A DNA stretch of 64,000 nucleotides from positions 7,172 through 71,171 of the forward strand of contig DYSN01000002.1 in the NCBI GenBank assembly GCA_020718205.1. The letters are read 5' to 3'. This DNA comes from Draconibacterium orientale. GTDB taxonomy: Bacteria > Bacteroidota > Bacteroidia > Bacteroidales > UBA12170. Position 1 is the first letter of the stretch; every line of letters starts with the position of its first letter. Under the pieces are notes generated by a model that had not been told where the DNA came from, did no database searches, and worked only from the letters and a program-made list of their open reading frames with translations. Shown here piece by piece: positions 18,083 through 27,989 of this stretch. Made by a program: the position numbers and the translations under genes.

Positions 18083-20572
18083 ATGAAACGCACCCTATAT
18101 ACCCTTATTGCAATTTTTGCAATGCTGAGTCTGAACGCTTCAGGCCAGGATAAAGCCAGAGTTTCGGGCAAAGTAATCGACGAAAACAGAACTCCACTAC
18201 CCTTGGTTAATATTGCCGTTGATGGCCAATCGGGAGGAACTTCTACCGACGATTATGGAAATTATATTATTGAAATACCTGCCAACAAACCTGTAAAACT
18301 TCTATTCTCTTTTGTGGGTTATAAAACCGAAAGCATGGAGCTGATTCTCAAACCTAAACAGGATCAGGCTCTGAACATAATGCTTTATGCCACAGCCAAA
18401 CAGCTTAGCGATGTTATTGTTCAGGATAAAGAAGTGCGAAAAACCAACCTCAACCGCATCAATCCCCAAACAGCTCTGGTAATTCCAACCATTTCGGGGG
18501 GAGTGGAAGCTCTGGTAAAAACCATGCCCGGCGTGAGCTCCAACAACGAACTGAGCTCGCAATATTCTGTTCGCGGTGGAAATTTCGACGAAAACTTAGT
18601 GTATATTAATGGCATAGAAGTGTATCGCCCCATTCTCACACGGAGCGGACAACAGGAAGGATTGAGCATTATCAACAGCAATCTGGTTTCTTCTATTCTC
18701 TTTTCGGCGGGTGGTTTCGATGCCAAATATGGCGACAAAATGTCGTCGGTACTCGATATTAAATACCGAAAACCTACCCGATTTGGGGGAAGTGCCGACA
18801 TCAGTCTGCTGGGTGGTTCGTTGCATCTGGAAGGTGTGGCTGCCAAAAACAAACTCACCTGGCTTTTTGGTTTCAGACAAAAATCCAACCAATACCTGTT
18901 GAACTCCCTCGACACCAAAGGCGAGTACAAACCCAGTTTCACCGACCTTCAGGGCCTCGTCTCCTATCAGCTCAACTCCAAATGGAAAATTGAAGTGCTT
19001 GGAAATTATGCCCGTAACAGCTACAAACTGATTCCCGAAACCCGCGAAACCGTTTTTGGCCACGTGAAAGAGGCCTATCAGCTCAAAATCTACTTCGATG
19101 GTCAGGAACTTGACAGATTCGATACCTGGTTTGGGGCTGTCACCACCACTTACAACCCAAAGGATGAATTGCAACTCAAACTGATTGGTTCGGCCTATCA
19201 AAGTTTCGAGCGCGAAAATTTCGATATTCAGGGGCAATACTGGCTTGGCAGGCTCGAAACCGACCTCGGAAACGAAGATTTTGGCGAAGTGGTAGAAAGC
19301 AAAGGCGTGGGAACTTACCTGAATCATGCCCGTAACCGCCTGAATGCCACAGTTTACAGCATAGAACATCAGGGAATTCTTGAACAGGATTTCAGCTTTA
19401 TTCAATGGGGGTTAAAATTTCAGCACGAAATGTTTTCCGATAAAATGCGCGAATGGGAAATGATAGATTCGGCGGGCTATTCAACCCCAGTTACACCCGA
19501 TTCGCTGGGCTATATCGACCCCAATGCTCAGAACAATTTGCCCTTTATTCTCTTCGACACCTTGTTTACCAATAACAAAATCGCTTCGAACCGCATCAGC
19601 GGATATGTGCAGAACAGCTGGGATTTCTATCATCCCAAAAACAAAATGTCGCTAACCGCCGGAATCCGGGTCAATTACTGGGATTATAACCAACATCTTC
19701 TCTGGAGCCCACGGGTGGCATTTAGCTACGAACCCGAATGGGAAAAAGATATTCTCTTCCGCTTTGCCACCGGAATCTATTATCAACCACCGTTTTACAA
19801 GGAATTGCGCCGACCCAACGGACAACTCAATCCAGATATCAAGGCACAGGCTTCCTATCATTTTGTGGCTGGCTCCGATTATAATTTTCTTTTGTGGAAC
19901 CGACCTTTTAAATTTACCTCGGAGCTCTATTACAAATACATGGATCATCTGATTCCCTTCATTGTAGAGAATGTGAGAATAGTTTATGCGGGCGAAAACA
20001 GCGGGCGGGGCTATGCTGCCGGGCTCGATATGAAAATAAACGGCGAATTTGTTCAAGGGGTCGAAAGCTGGTTAAGTGTTTCGGTGATGCAGACCAACGA
20101 GATTCTTCAGAACAACTTTTACAACGAATACTTTGCTGCCAACCCCCATGCGCTCGAAAATGTTTGGATTCCACGTCCCACCGACCAACGCGTAACGGTA
20201 AATCTGTTTTTCCAGGACTATCTACCCATGCTGCCCAATTTCAAGATGAATATGAATCTGGGGTTTGGCTCTGGTTTACCCGTATTCTACACCAACTCCA
20301 ACAACGAAACCACTTATACCCGCACGCCCCCATATCGCAGAGTGGATATTGGCTTTGCCTACGAAATTGTTGGCATCAATACCAAAAAACACGAAAAAGG
20401 CGTATTGCGCCATTTTACTGGTCTGGATCTGTCTTTTGAAGTGTTGAACCTACTCGATATCAATAATGTGGTGAGCTATATGTGGGTAAAAGACATGCAA
20501 AACTATGTGTACCTGGTGCCAAACTATCTAACACCCAGGCAGTTTAACCTAAAACTTGCGCTGAAATTCTAA
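18083..20572 (+). CDS. TonB-dependent outer-membrane receptor
   Basis: N-terminal CarbopepD_reg-like domain, plug (PGVSSNNELSSQYSVRGG..DEN, GGFDAKYGDKMSSVLDI), terminal Phe. Start set at MKRTLY. Confidence 0.92.
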   Translation: MKRTLYTLIAIFAMLSLNASGQDKARVSGKVIDENRTPLPLVNIAVDGQSGGTSTDDYGNYIIEIPANKPVKLLFSFVGYKTESMELILKPKQDQALNIMLYATAKQLSDVIVQDKEVRKTNLNRINPQTALVIPTISGGVEALVKTMPGVSSNNELSSQYSVRGGNFDENLVYINGIEVYRPILTRSGQQEGLSIINSNLVSSILFSAGGFDAKYGDKMSSVLDIKYRKPTRFGGSADISLLGGSLHLEGVAAKNKLTWLFGFRQKSNQYLLNSLDTKGEYKPSFTDLQGLVSYQLNSKWKIEVLGNYARNSYKLIPETRETVFGHVKEAYQLKIYFDGQELDRFDTWFGAVTTTYNPKDELQLKLIGSAYQSFERENFDIQGQYWLGRLETDLGNEDFGEVVESKGVGTYLNHARNRLNATVYSIEHQGILEQDFSFIQWGLKFQHEMFSDKMREWEMIDSAGYSTPVTPDSLGYIDPNAQNNLPFILFDTLFTNNKIASNRISGYVQNSWDFYHPKNKMSLTAGIRVNYWDYNQHLLWSPRVAFSYEPEWEKDILFRFATGIYYQPPFYKELRRPNGQLNPDIKAQASYHFVAGSDYNFLLWNRPFKFTSELYYKYMDHLIPFIVENVRIVYAGENSGRGYAAGLDMKINGEFVQGVESWLSVSVMQTNEILQNNFYNEYFAANPHALENVWIPRPTDQRVTVNLFFQDYLPMLPNFKMNMNLGFGSGLPVFYTNSNNETTYTRTPPYRRVDIGFAYEIVGINTKKHEKGVLRHFTGLDLSFEVLNLLDINNVVSYMWVKDMQNYVYLVPNYLTPRQFNLKLALKF

Positions 20573-22800
20573 AAAGGATTTAAAGCAGGGTTGGTGGCTG
20601 GAATGGTAACATAGAATGTGGTGCCCCGACCCAGCTGGCTCTCCACATGGATTTCTCCGCCCATTAAAACAACAAATTCCTTGCAAATGATTAAACCCAA
20701 ACCTGTTCCCAACTCGTCTTCGGTGTCTTTCATGCTGGCTTTTGAATTGATGGTGAATAAATCTTTAACCATTTCGCTGCTCATTCCCATTCCTGTGTCG
20801 TTGATTGCAAACATGCGCGAATGGCCATTTCCAGTGCAGGAAATCGAAATATTTCCACCTCTTGCCGTAAATTTTATAGCGTTGTTTATCATATTAATGA
20901 GCACTGTTTGAAGGAGTTGTGGATCGGCAAATGCCATATCGTCTGGCTTAATATTAATTTCTATCCGATGATTTTTATCGAGAATCCTTTCTTTCAGAAA
21001 TTCTAAGGCCTCTTTGGCTACTTCCGAAAGATTAACCATCCGGGGGTTTGATTTAATGAGTCCACGCTGTGAACGAGCCCAATCCAGCAGGTTTACCAGC
21101 ATATTGTAGGTATTGCGACTGTTGATATGAAGCCGTTTGATAATTTTATGTTTTTCATCATCCTGAAGCCTGAGGAAATTGCTGTCCAAAATTTCCAAAA
21201 ACCCCAAAAGGCTGTTAAACGGATTCTTTAAATCGTGGGCTATTACCGAGAAGAATTTATCTTTGGTCTGATTGAGTTGTACAAGCTCTTCTTTTTGATC
21301 CTCAAGATTCTTGTTGGTCACCCGAATCAGGCTGTTCATTTCATCAACTTCGGCATTTCGTTTCTCGAGAAGTCTGTTGGCAGCCTTGAGTTTTTGCCGG
21401 TTTTTCCACAGGAAAACCAGAATCAACAGGATTAAAAACAACCCCAATCCAACAACCCATGTTACCAACTTCTGTTTCCGGATTATTTGGTTTTGCAGTT
21501 CGTTCTCCGATTTTAAATAGAGGTTCTCTTCTTCCTTTTGCTTACTCTCGTAAATGATATCCAATTCAGCTATTTTATTCCGGTGGCTTATATTATCCAT
21601 ACTGTCTTTGACAGCCACAAAAAGCGTTTGATAGGCCAAAGCACTGCGAAAATCCCCCCTGATGGAATCCAATTGGTATAAGCCTTCGAAACCAACGGAT
21701 ATTTGTTCATAAGCTTCGATACTTCGTGCCATTTCCAATCCATGCCTGAGGCAATAATTGGCTGAATCATAGTTCCCTAAAAGAGTATGTGCCTTCCCGA
21801 GATTAATATAAAGAGCGCTTGTACGGTAATCATCGCGATAGGGTAATTCCACTTTTGTTGCCCTGTTCAGATAGGAATATCCTTTCGATATATTATTGGC
21901 TTTAATTTCCATCCCGCCACAATTTACCAGAAAGGAAAACAATTTAACATTTTTATCACCCGGAGATTCTATCTCTATGGATTGATAGAAATATTTGCGC
22001 GCAGTAGCAAAATCGCTTTTAAGCTGCCAGTATGTAACTCCCAGATTGTTAAACAAATCCGCTAGCATATTCATTTGTGGAAGTGCTTCATCAAATTCAA
22101 TGGCTTTGTTAGAATAATAAACCGATTTTTCGAAATCGCCAATATTCTGATAAACAATTCCCAAAGAGCTATAGGTATAACAAACCCGCACACTATCTTT
22201 CATACTTTCAAAAATAGCTTGCGATTTCTGCAAATGCTCCAGTGCCAAATGAGAATACTCCTTGCGGTTATAATAAACCCCCAAATCGAAATAAACCTTT
22301 CCCATGGACGATGAATCGTTCATTATCTGCACTTTATCAAGGGTTCTGCGCAAATATAAGAGTGCTGAATCGGGCTGTCCCATCACATTGAATAAGGTCC
22401 CCATATTTGACAAAGCAAGCATTTCTGGTCTGTTCAATTGATGCTTAATAGCATATTGTAGATTCCGTCGCATGAGCACCAGGGAGGTGTCGAGTCGTGA
22501 TGTATACCAGTAGAAAATAGATTCTAATAAATATGATCTCGCCTGTAGCTCATAATCATTGGGTTGAATTTGTTTTGCTGCCGAATCGAGTAAAAAGAGA
22601 ACACTATCCGGCTGCTTTACCGCAAAAGAACCTGCCTTATCTAATAATTCCTTTATTGACACCTGTCGGTCATCAACAAGTGGGACAGCTTTTTGGTCTT
22701 TATTTTCAGCTTTGCTACAGGCTATTGTTGCACAAAACAAAGTGAAAATAATGATGCCGAAAAATAAAAATTGATTCGAAATGGCTTTCCAAATTTTCAT
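20569..22800 (-). CDS. TPR-containing membrane sensor histidine kinase
   Basis: Periplasmic TPR repeats, one TM, H-box FFSVIAHDLKNP, N-box NMINNAIKF, DTGMG and GTGLGL. Confidence 0.92.
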   Translation of the reverse strand: MKIWKAISNQFLFFGIIIFTLFCATIACSKAENKDQKAVPLVDDRQVSIKELLDKAGSFAVKQPDSVLFLLDSAAKQIQPNDYELQARSYLLESIFYWYTSRLDTSLVLMRRNLQYAIKHQLNRPEMLALSNMGTLFNVMGQPDSALLYLRRTLDKVQIMNDSSSMGKVYFDLGVYYNRKEYSHLALEHLQKSQAIFESMKDSVRVCYTYSSLGIVYQNIGDFEKSVYYSNKAIEFDEALPQMNMLADLFNNLGVTYWQLKSDFATARKYFYQSIEIESPGDKNVKLFSFLVNCGGMEIKANNISKGYSYLNRATKVELPYRDDYRTSALYINLGKAHTLLGNYDSANYCLRHGLEMARSIEAYEQISVGFEGLYQLDSIRGDFRSALAYQTLFVAVKDSMDNISHRNKIAELDIIYESKQKEEENLYLKSENELQNQIIRKQKLVTWVVGLGLFLILLILVFLWKNRQKLKAANRLLEKRNAEVDEMNSLIRVTNKNLEDQKEELVQLNQTKDKFFSVIAHDLKNPFNSLLGFLEILDSNFLRLQDDEKHKIIKRLHINSRNTYNMLVNLLDWARSQRGLIKSNPRMVNLSEVAKEALEFLKERILDKNHRIEINIKPDDMAFADPQLLQTVLINMINNAIKFTARGGNISISCTGNGHSRMFAINDTGMGMSSEMVKDLFTINSKASMKDTEDELGTGLGLIICKEFVVLMGGEIHVESQLGRGTTFYVTIPATNPALNPF

Positions 22801-22949
22801 AATCTAAATATAGCCATAATATTTTATGAATTCGTATTTTTTTATCCAATAATGAATTGGTTTTCAATACTCCTGTTAATTTAATTGCTAAACATAAAAA
22901 AATAACAGAGATAAATGATTCTGTGGAAGAAAAAAATCCGACATTTGGC

Positions 22950-23133
22950 TTGTATTTCAGGTTTCCAAAATCAGCCCCGGCTGATGAGGAATGAAAAGGG
23001 AATCCTGTTGAATTCAGGAGCTGTTCCCGCAGCTGTAAGTCTTTAAATGTTAGGCCAATCTTGCCATTGTCGCGCATCAATCGCGATGAGAAGGCGGCCA
23101 AAACTTAGACGAGCCAGAAGACCTGCCTGCAAT
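22950..23133 (+). ncRNA. Cobalamin (B12) riboswitch
   Basis: AGGT...AAAAGGGAATCCTGTTGAATTCAGGAGCTGTTCCCGCAGCTGTAA...GCCATTG...GAGAAGGC...GAGCCAGAAGACCTGCC (B12 box). Boundaries approximate. Confidence 0.93.
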
Positions 23134-23252
23134 ATATTAATTTCGAAGCTTTCGGGACAAAAGCTGTGGAGTAGCGAGTCGGTTCGTCGTTCACTTTTCT
23201 TTCCTGCAAGTTTTGATGTATAAATAAATTATTTATCGTTAAAACACTTTTT

Positions 23253-24524
23253 ATGAAAAAAAATTACTTTTTGGCACTTCTGGTGCAAATTCTGGCCCTC
23301 ACTGGTTTTGGGCAAATTTCGGTAAATCAAATTATTGTGGGCAATGGGGGAATTTATGGAAACTCTTCCGATCATGTAACCCTCACCGGAATAAATCCGG
23401 ACGACTTGAGCGCAACTACCCTTGGCGAAGTTTGGCGCGAATCGATTCAGGATGTGGTGGTTGTGGGCGACATTGCCTTTGTGGCTGCCGAAGACAGTTT
23501 GGTGAAATTCAATCTTTCCACCCACGAAAAAATGGCTGCCATGTATCATGGAAATCTGAGCCGGCTTTGTTTTGCCAACGAAAAGCTCTATGTGAGCCTT
23601 CGCAGCGATTTGAATGGCCCGCCCGCCGACGGCTGCTATCTGAAAGCCTTCGACAGCAACCTGAACCTGATTCACCAAACCACCGGCATTTCCACCGATG
23701 CTTCCTGCATCGTGGTGGCTGGAGATTCCATATATGTGGCCGTTCCCGGCGATTGGATGTCGACCGAAGGACATCTGGCCATAGTTTCAACCGACTTTTC
23801 GGTAACCCACGAAATCAACCTGGGCGAAGAAGCAGTGGGAATCAACGATTTATATCTCATCAATCAGGTTGTTTTTTCCGTGAACAAATCGCCCTATTTA
23901 GCCACCACCGGCTCGGTGAGCAATTATCATTTAGAAACCGGAAATTTTAGCACCCATGTATTCAATCATGTGGTAGGCAAAGGAGCGGGTAGAATTGGCG
24001 ACCTGATTTATCTCGGACTCGACTATGGATTGGGTTCCTACAACACTGCTTCGCAAAGCATCGAAAACGAAACCATTATTCCCGATCCGGGCTCGGCAAA
24101 TTATATCTACATGGCGGCTTCGCTGGTCGACGAGATCAACAGCAGAATTTACATTACAACCACCGATTATTTCAGTTTTGGCCAGGGTTGGGTCTACGAT
24201 TTGGAAGGAAATAATTTAGGAAACTTCTCTGCCGGAGTTTCAGCAGAAGCAATGGCACTGCATCTTACCGACGAAACCGGCACCCAACAAATTCCTTCGA
24301 ACCAGCTATCGCTATTTCCAAACCCCAGTCACGATTTTTTTTCCATCGATTGCAACGAACGGGTGAAGAAGATCGAAATCTATACTAAAACCGGCCAGTT
24401 GGTAAAAACAATCGCTGGAAATCCGGGCCAAATTTATTCCTGTGCGTCATTAATGCCCGGCTCCTATGTTCTGCGGATTTATAGCGACAAATTGCTGTTT
24501 ACAAGCAAATTGGTTAAAATATAA
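23253..24524 (+). CDS. BtuG/YncE-like beta-propeller with a T9SS C-terminal domain, B12-regulated
   Basis: Sec signal without a lipobox, beta-rich repeats, NGGIYG and IYITTTDYFSFG motifs resembling BtuG-type propellers. CTD LFPNPS...IYTKTGQLV...GSYVLRI...KLVKI. Confidence 0.7.
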   Translation: MKKNYFLALLVQILALTGFGQISVNQIIVGNGGIYGNSSDHVTLTGINPDDLSATTLGEVWRESIQDVVVVGDIAFVAAEDSLVKFNLSTHEKMAAMYHGNLSRLCFANEKLYVSLRSDLNGPPADGCYLKAFDSNLNLIHQTTGISTDASCIVVAGDSIYVAVPGDWMSTEGHLAIVSTDFSVTHEINLGEEAVGINDLYLINQVVFSVNKSPYLATTGSVSNYHLETGNFSTHVFNHVVGKGAGRIGDLIYLGLDYGLGSYNTASQSIENETIIPDPGSANYIYMAASLVDEINSRIYITTTDYFSFGQGWVYDLEGNNLGNFSAGVSAEAMALHLTDETGTQQIPSNQLSLFPNPSHDFFSIDCNERVKKIEIYTKTGQLVKTIAGNPGQIYSCASLMPGSYVLRIYSDKLLFTSKLVKI

Positions 24525-24678
24525 TCGCCTTTATTCCGAAATTCATAAAGAAAACTGCTCTGAATAACCAAAGCAGTGCAGTTTTTTTTATTTCTAAATT
24601 CTAAAATTAGATATTGATTAATCCAATGCCTTTTCCTATATTTACGCTACCAAGTGAATATCTGTAAAAAATTGTGAC

Positions 24679-24981
24679 GTGAGCCCTTATAAAATTGAAT
24701 ATTTTAAAACCGATAAAACTGCCATTGAAACCATAATCATTGGCGGAGAATTGTCGGTGAATCATATTTTCGATATCAGGGATGAACTCAACTTTCATCT
24801 CAACAGCAGCAGTGCCTACGAAATATTGATTACGGATGCAGATATTATTGACTTGAGTTTTATTCAGCTTCTGATTTCTATTAAAAAATTCAACCCATTT
24901 GTGGTTGTCAAATTTCAAATCAATCAGGAGCAAACCGAGCTTTTAAAGGTTTCAGGGTTTTATTCTTTATTGAACAATTAA
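24679..24981 (+). CDS. STAS-domain protein of the chemosensory cluster
   Basis: GGELSV...IIDLSFIQLL...LLKVSGF, 100 aa, precedes cheY. Confidence 0.75.
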   Translation: MSPYKIEYFKTDKTAIETIIIGGELSVNHIFDIRDELNFHLNSSSAYEILITDADIIDLSFIQLLISIKKFNPFVVVKFQINQEQTELLKVSGFYSLLNN

Positions 24982-25001
24982 AAAAAGAAGAACTATAAAA
25001 T

Positions 25002-25367
25002 ATGGAAAGAACCATTTTAATTGTCGACGACTCCGCCAGCATCAGAAATTTGGTGGAATTTACCCTTTCCAATGCCGGATTTAAAGTGATTTCGGCCAAT
25101 AATGGCCAGGAAGCTTTGGAGAAAATTGATGCACAGGCTATCCACTTGCTTCTTACCGACTTACACATGCCAGTGATGAGTGGAATGGAGCTGATAAAGG
25201 AAATCAGATTGCGGGAAAAATACAAATTGTTGCCCATTCTTTTTCTCACTACCGAAACACAAATTGGCCTAAAACAGGAAGCCAAAGAACTGGGTGCAAC
25301 CGGGTGGATTGTAAAGCCTTTCGATTCAGAAAAGCTCATAACCACCATTCGCAAAGTTATTAGATAA
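25002..25367 (+). CDS. cheY: Chemotaxis response regulator CheY
   Basis: Single REC domain: VDDS, LTDLHMP, LTT, KPF. Confidence 0.9.
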   Translation: MERTILIVDDSASIRNLVEFTLSNAGFKVISANNGQEALEKIDAQAIHLLLTDLHMPVMSGMELIKEIRLREKYKLLPILFLTTETQIGLKQEAKELGATGWIVKPFDSEKLITTIRKVIR

Positions 25368-25377
25368 GGCTGAACAT

Positions 25378-27510
25378 ATGGACATGCACGACCTTATACA
25401 GGGCTTTTTAGACGAAGCAGGCGAACTCATTGTTAATGCCGAGCAATCGTTGCTTACACTGGAATCATCGCCAGGCGATAAAGAAGCTGTGGCCAGTGTT
25501 TTCAGGGTTTTGCATACCCTAAAAGGCAGTGGAGCCATGTTTGGATTTTCTTCGGTATCATCGTTCACCCACCTGCTCGAAAACCTGTTCGACAGCTTGC
25601 GCTCAGGAAAACTCGAAATTGATAAAAACATCATCAGTCTTACCTTCGAGTCGTTCGATTTAATTAAAAATCTGCTCCACGGCCCCAACGAGCCCATTGG
25701 AAAAAACCAGACCGAATACGACCGATTGCTCAGAGGATTCGAAATTCTGGTGAATCCATCAACCAAAAATGCTGTAACAGCACCAAAACCTGTAGCTTCG
25801 CCTGCTATCGTTGAAAACCAACCCACTTATTACATATTTTTTGGCCCCAACAGCCATTTGCTCAAAAATGGAACCAATCCGCTGTATTTGATTGACGAAC
25901 TCATTTCGCTGGGAAAAGGTACTGCGTTTGTTCACACAGGTAAAATCCCGCTGCTTCCGGAAATTGTTCCCGATGAGTGTTTGGTTAGCTGGGATATTGT
26001 TCTTAGTACAGCGGCTCCAATCAACGATATTTTGGATGTGTTCATTTTTGTGGAAGACGAGAGCAAAATCGAAATTCAGAAAATAAGCGAAATAAATTTA
26101 ATCGACCATCCCCAATTTATGGAAAAACTGGGGGCTTATCTGGGCGAAGACAACAATGCTGCCATTCTCGAACTACAGGAATTTGCCCGCCAAATAGAAA
26201 AAACACTTCACTCAAATGCTGCTTCAACACAAGAAGCCACCCCCGAAACACCCATTCTTCAGCCTGGCTTGAATAAGACAAAAGCTGTGGCAGAAATAGC
26301 GCAGAATAAAAGCACAGAGCCAGTGAAGCTCAGCCATATAAACGAAGTTTCGGAGCGAAGCAAGTCGAGTGCGAGTATTCGGGTGAGTAGCGAAAAAGTG
26401 GAAACCCTCATCAATCTGGTGAGCGAAATGGTAACCACTCAAGCCCGGCTCAATATGCTGGCGCAAAAAATTAACAATACCGATATTATTGAAGTTGCCG
26501 AAGTATTGGAAAAACTAACCCGTCAGCTTCGCGACAATGCCTTCGAAATCAGCCTGATACCCATTTCGAGCTTGGTTACCCGATTCCAGCGTCTCATCAG
26601 AGACCTGTCGAAAGAGCTGGGCAAGGAAGTTGACTTTGTTACCGAGGGCACCGAAACCGAGCTCGACAAAACCATCATCGAAAACCTTTCCGATCCGCTA
26701 ATGCATATTTTTAGAAATGCCATTGACCACGGACTCGAAGATGTGAACGAAAGAATTGCAGCGGGAAAACCTGCCAAAGGAAAACTCACTTTTAAGGCCT
26801 ATTACTCCGGAACCAGCGTATTTATTGATATTTCGGACGATGGTAAAGGAATCAATACTAAAAAAGTGCACCAAAAAGCTTTGGCCAAAGGTATAGTGAA
26901 TAACAACCAAAAATTAACCGAAAAACAAATCAACGAACTTATTTTCCTTCCGGGATTTTCTACCGCCGAAAGTGTTACAGACCTTTCGGGGCGCGGAGTT
27001 GGAATGGACGTGGTGAAGAAAAATATCAATAAAATTCAGGGGGAAGTGGACATTTACAGTCAAATGGGCAAGGGAACTACTTTTACCCTAAAACTCCCCT
27101 TAACGCTTTCCATCATCGATGGCTTGCTGGTGGTGGTTGACCAAACCGAATACATAATTCCCATTCTGGTAATTGAAAAAATTGCGCCCATAGCCCATTC
27201 ATTGGTCGATTCGGCTTTCAACAATACACTGGTGGTCGATAACCGTCAAATTCCGTTTGTTTATCTGCGGCAGAAATTCAATATCGACAGCACGCCGCCC
27301 ACACAGGAACAAGTGGTGATAGTAAACTACGGAACGCGCGAAATGGGCATTGTGGTCGATAGGGTTTTGCGTGAGTCGCAGGTGGTGGTAAAATCTATTG
27401 GCAAACATTTCAGGGATCAGGAAATCATTTCGGGAGCCACCATCATGGGCGATGGAACCGTTGCCCTGGTTTTGGATACCAATAAAATAATTGAAAAACA
27501 CTCGGTTTAA
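25378..27510 (+). CDS. cheA: Chemotaxis histidine kinase CheA
   Basis: Hpt FRVLHTLKG, SIRV, HIFRNAIDHG, DDGKG, SGRGVGMDVV, C-terminal CheW domain. Confidence 0.97.
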   Translation: MDMHDLIQGFLDEAGELIVNAEQSLLTLESSPGDKEAVASVFRVLHTLKGSGAMFGFSSVSSFTHLLENLFDSLRSGKLEIDKNIISLTFESFDLIKNLLHGPNEPIGKNQTEYDRLLRGFEILVNPSTKNAVTAPKPVASPAIVENQPTYYIFFGPNSHLLKNGTNPLYLIDELISLGKGTAFVHTGKIPLLPEIVPDECLVSWDIVLSTAAPINDILDVFIFVEDESKIEIQKISEINLIDHPQFMEKLGAYLGEDNNAAILELQEFARQIEKTLHSNAASTQEATPETPILQPGLNKTKAVAEIAQNKSTEPVKLSHINEVSERSKSSASIRVSSEKVETLINLVSEMVTTQARLNMLAQKINNTDIIEVAEVLEKLTRQLRDNAFEISLIPISSLVTRFQRLIRDLSKELGKEVDFVTEGTETELDKTIIENLSDPLMHIFRNAIDHGLEDVNERIAAGKPAKGKLTFKAYYSGTSVFIDISDDGKGINTKKVHQKALAKGIVNNNQKLTEKQINELIFLPGFSTAESVTDLSGRGVGMDVVKKNINKIQGEVDIYSQMGKGTTFTLKLPLTLSIIDGLLVVVDQTEYIIPILVIEKIAPIAHSLVDSAFNNTLVVDNRQIPFVYLRQKFNIDSTPPTQEQVVIVNYGTREMGIVVDRVLRESQVVVKSIGKHFRDQEIISGATIMGDGTVALVLDTNKIIEKHSV

Positions 27511-27521
27511 AATTTATAAAT

Positions 27522-27965
27522 ATGGAAAAACTGTCATCATATCTGACTTTTAAATTGGGCAACGAGAAATTTGCGGCCAATATTGGTCATGTGCTTCACA
27601 TTCTGGGGGTTCCACAGATTACACCCCTGCCCAATTCGCCCTCACATATCAAAGGCGCCATCAATCTTAGGGGCAAGGTTTTAACCATTATAGACCCCCA
27701 CGAAAAGTTTCATATGGAGAAACAAGCGCTCACGAAAAACTCGTGCATCATTGTTTTGGAACTCCTGAGCGAAGGGGATAGAATAGAAATAGGCGCTTTG
27801 GTAGATTCGGTGGATCAGGTTATTGATATAGAAGCTTCAAATCTACTTCCCCCACCCGACTTAGGAACCCGGTATAAATCGGATTTTATCGAGAACATCA
27901 TTCAACTAAACAATGAATTTATTCTGGTGCTGAATATAGAAAGTGTCTTTGCCCCCAATTTTTAA
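27522..27965 (+). CDS. cheW: Chemotaxis coupling protein CheW
   Basis: YLTFKLG, ITPLP, GAINLRG, GALVDSV. Confidence 0.95.
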   Translation: MEKLSSYLTFKLGNEKFAANIGHVLHILGVPQITPLPNSPSHIKGAINLRGKVLTIIDPHEKFHMEKQALTKNSCIIVLELLSEGDRIEIGALVDSVDQVIDIEASNLLPPPDLGTRYKSDFIENIIQLNNEFILVLNIESVFAPNF

Positions 27966-27989
27966 CAAGAAAAAATAAAACTTAATGAT

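Noticed and set aside
18421-19405. Long minus-strand ORFs (173 and 269 aa)
   Set aside because: Antisense to the TonB receptor with no recognisable motifs.
22715-23101. 128 aa minus-strand ORF
   Set aside because: Overlaps the cobalamin riboswitch, which explains the sequence.
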